Below are positions 63,411-64,000 of a stretch of 64,000 nt of DNA, piece after piece; within the stretch, counting starts at the first letter, position 1, and every line of letters begins with the position of its first letter. The DNA is taken from assembly GCA_030265395.1 (NCBI GenBank), contig JARFYF010000053.1, forward strand, positions 26,725,592-26,789,591. The letters run 5' to 3'. The translations under genes were made by a program, and so were the position numbers. A model generated the notes under the pieces. That model did no database searches, was not told where the DNA came from, and worked only from the letters and a program-made list of their open reading frames with translations. Source of the DNA: Rhina ancylostomus. Lineage: Eukaryota.

Positions 63411-64000
63411 CTGGTAAGAGGTACAGTACAGAAGCAGTCATTTCTGATGGAACCATATTGGGCTTTTCATCTGAGAATGGGGGATGAACTCTCTCAGTCA
63501 CATACACAAATTCATATTATAAAACTGTTAACAGCAATACATAAAAAAGTAACCAGATTAAAAGATGGATTCTGGTTCAAGTATCTATTTATAGGAAGGT
63601 TTTGGAAATAGCCAACCTCTGGATATCTCATATTTCTGTAAGATGATCTAAGATCGTAATTCAAAAATTTTGGGGTAAAAGATTACAAAGAGAAATATAC
63701 CCGGTTATTGAACCAGCATGCAGAAGCACCAAGCATTTGCCAGTATAGAGAAACATCCTAACAAATCTAATGTTTCATGTCATATTAAGACCAGATACTC
63801 TCCCCACAATCAGAAGGGCCTGAGCTGTAGCTTAAAACCTACATGCAATTAATTGGTTAAAAATTACAACCATGCTTAAAACCACATATGAACAATGGAG
63901 ATCAGCTTGTCTTCTAGAAGCCTCTTAATGGATGCCTTCAAATTTAGTGAAACCAACAAGTGAAATTTTCTAGTAAAATGGAAAAGCACAACACTGACAA

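Noticed and set aside
63237-63611. 124-aa + strand ORF
   Set aside because: Antisense shadow of the PPFIA4 SAM2 exon.

Overview
This is eukaryotic, AT-rich, CpG-depleted vertebrate DNA. The repeat content (V-SINE/HE1-like SINEs, a DeuSINE, CR1/L2/Rex1/RTE fragments, palindromic Penelope-like elements) points to a cartilaginous fish, probably a shark or ray (inference). Two genes face each other tail-to-tail, as in the known vertebrate MYOG-PPFIA4 synteny. (1) Myogenin is on the + strand with 3 coding exons (26040-29890). Its proximal promoter closely resembles the mammalian one (Pbx/E-box, MEF2, NFI-like, TATA, E-box) and it lies in a ~3 kb CpG-rich domain. (2) The 3' end of liprin-alpha-4 (PPFIA4) is on the - strand, with SAM2/SAM3 and C-terminal exons from 63410 down to ~51069. 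The most interesting structure is a C-terminal splicing switch in PPFIA4. A stop-containing cassette exon flanked by UGCAUG motifs gives the PDZ ligand VRTYSC. Skipping it gives HSHYLYGHMLAAFRE, and a candidate 14-nt stop microexon would give a third end. The rest is intergenic or intronic DNA with decayed transposons and many N-gaps. I see no prokaryotic-type system, CRISPR array or clear RNA gene. All family calls rest on motif recognition by eye, not database searches.
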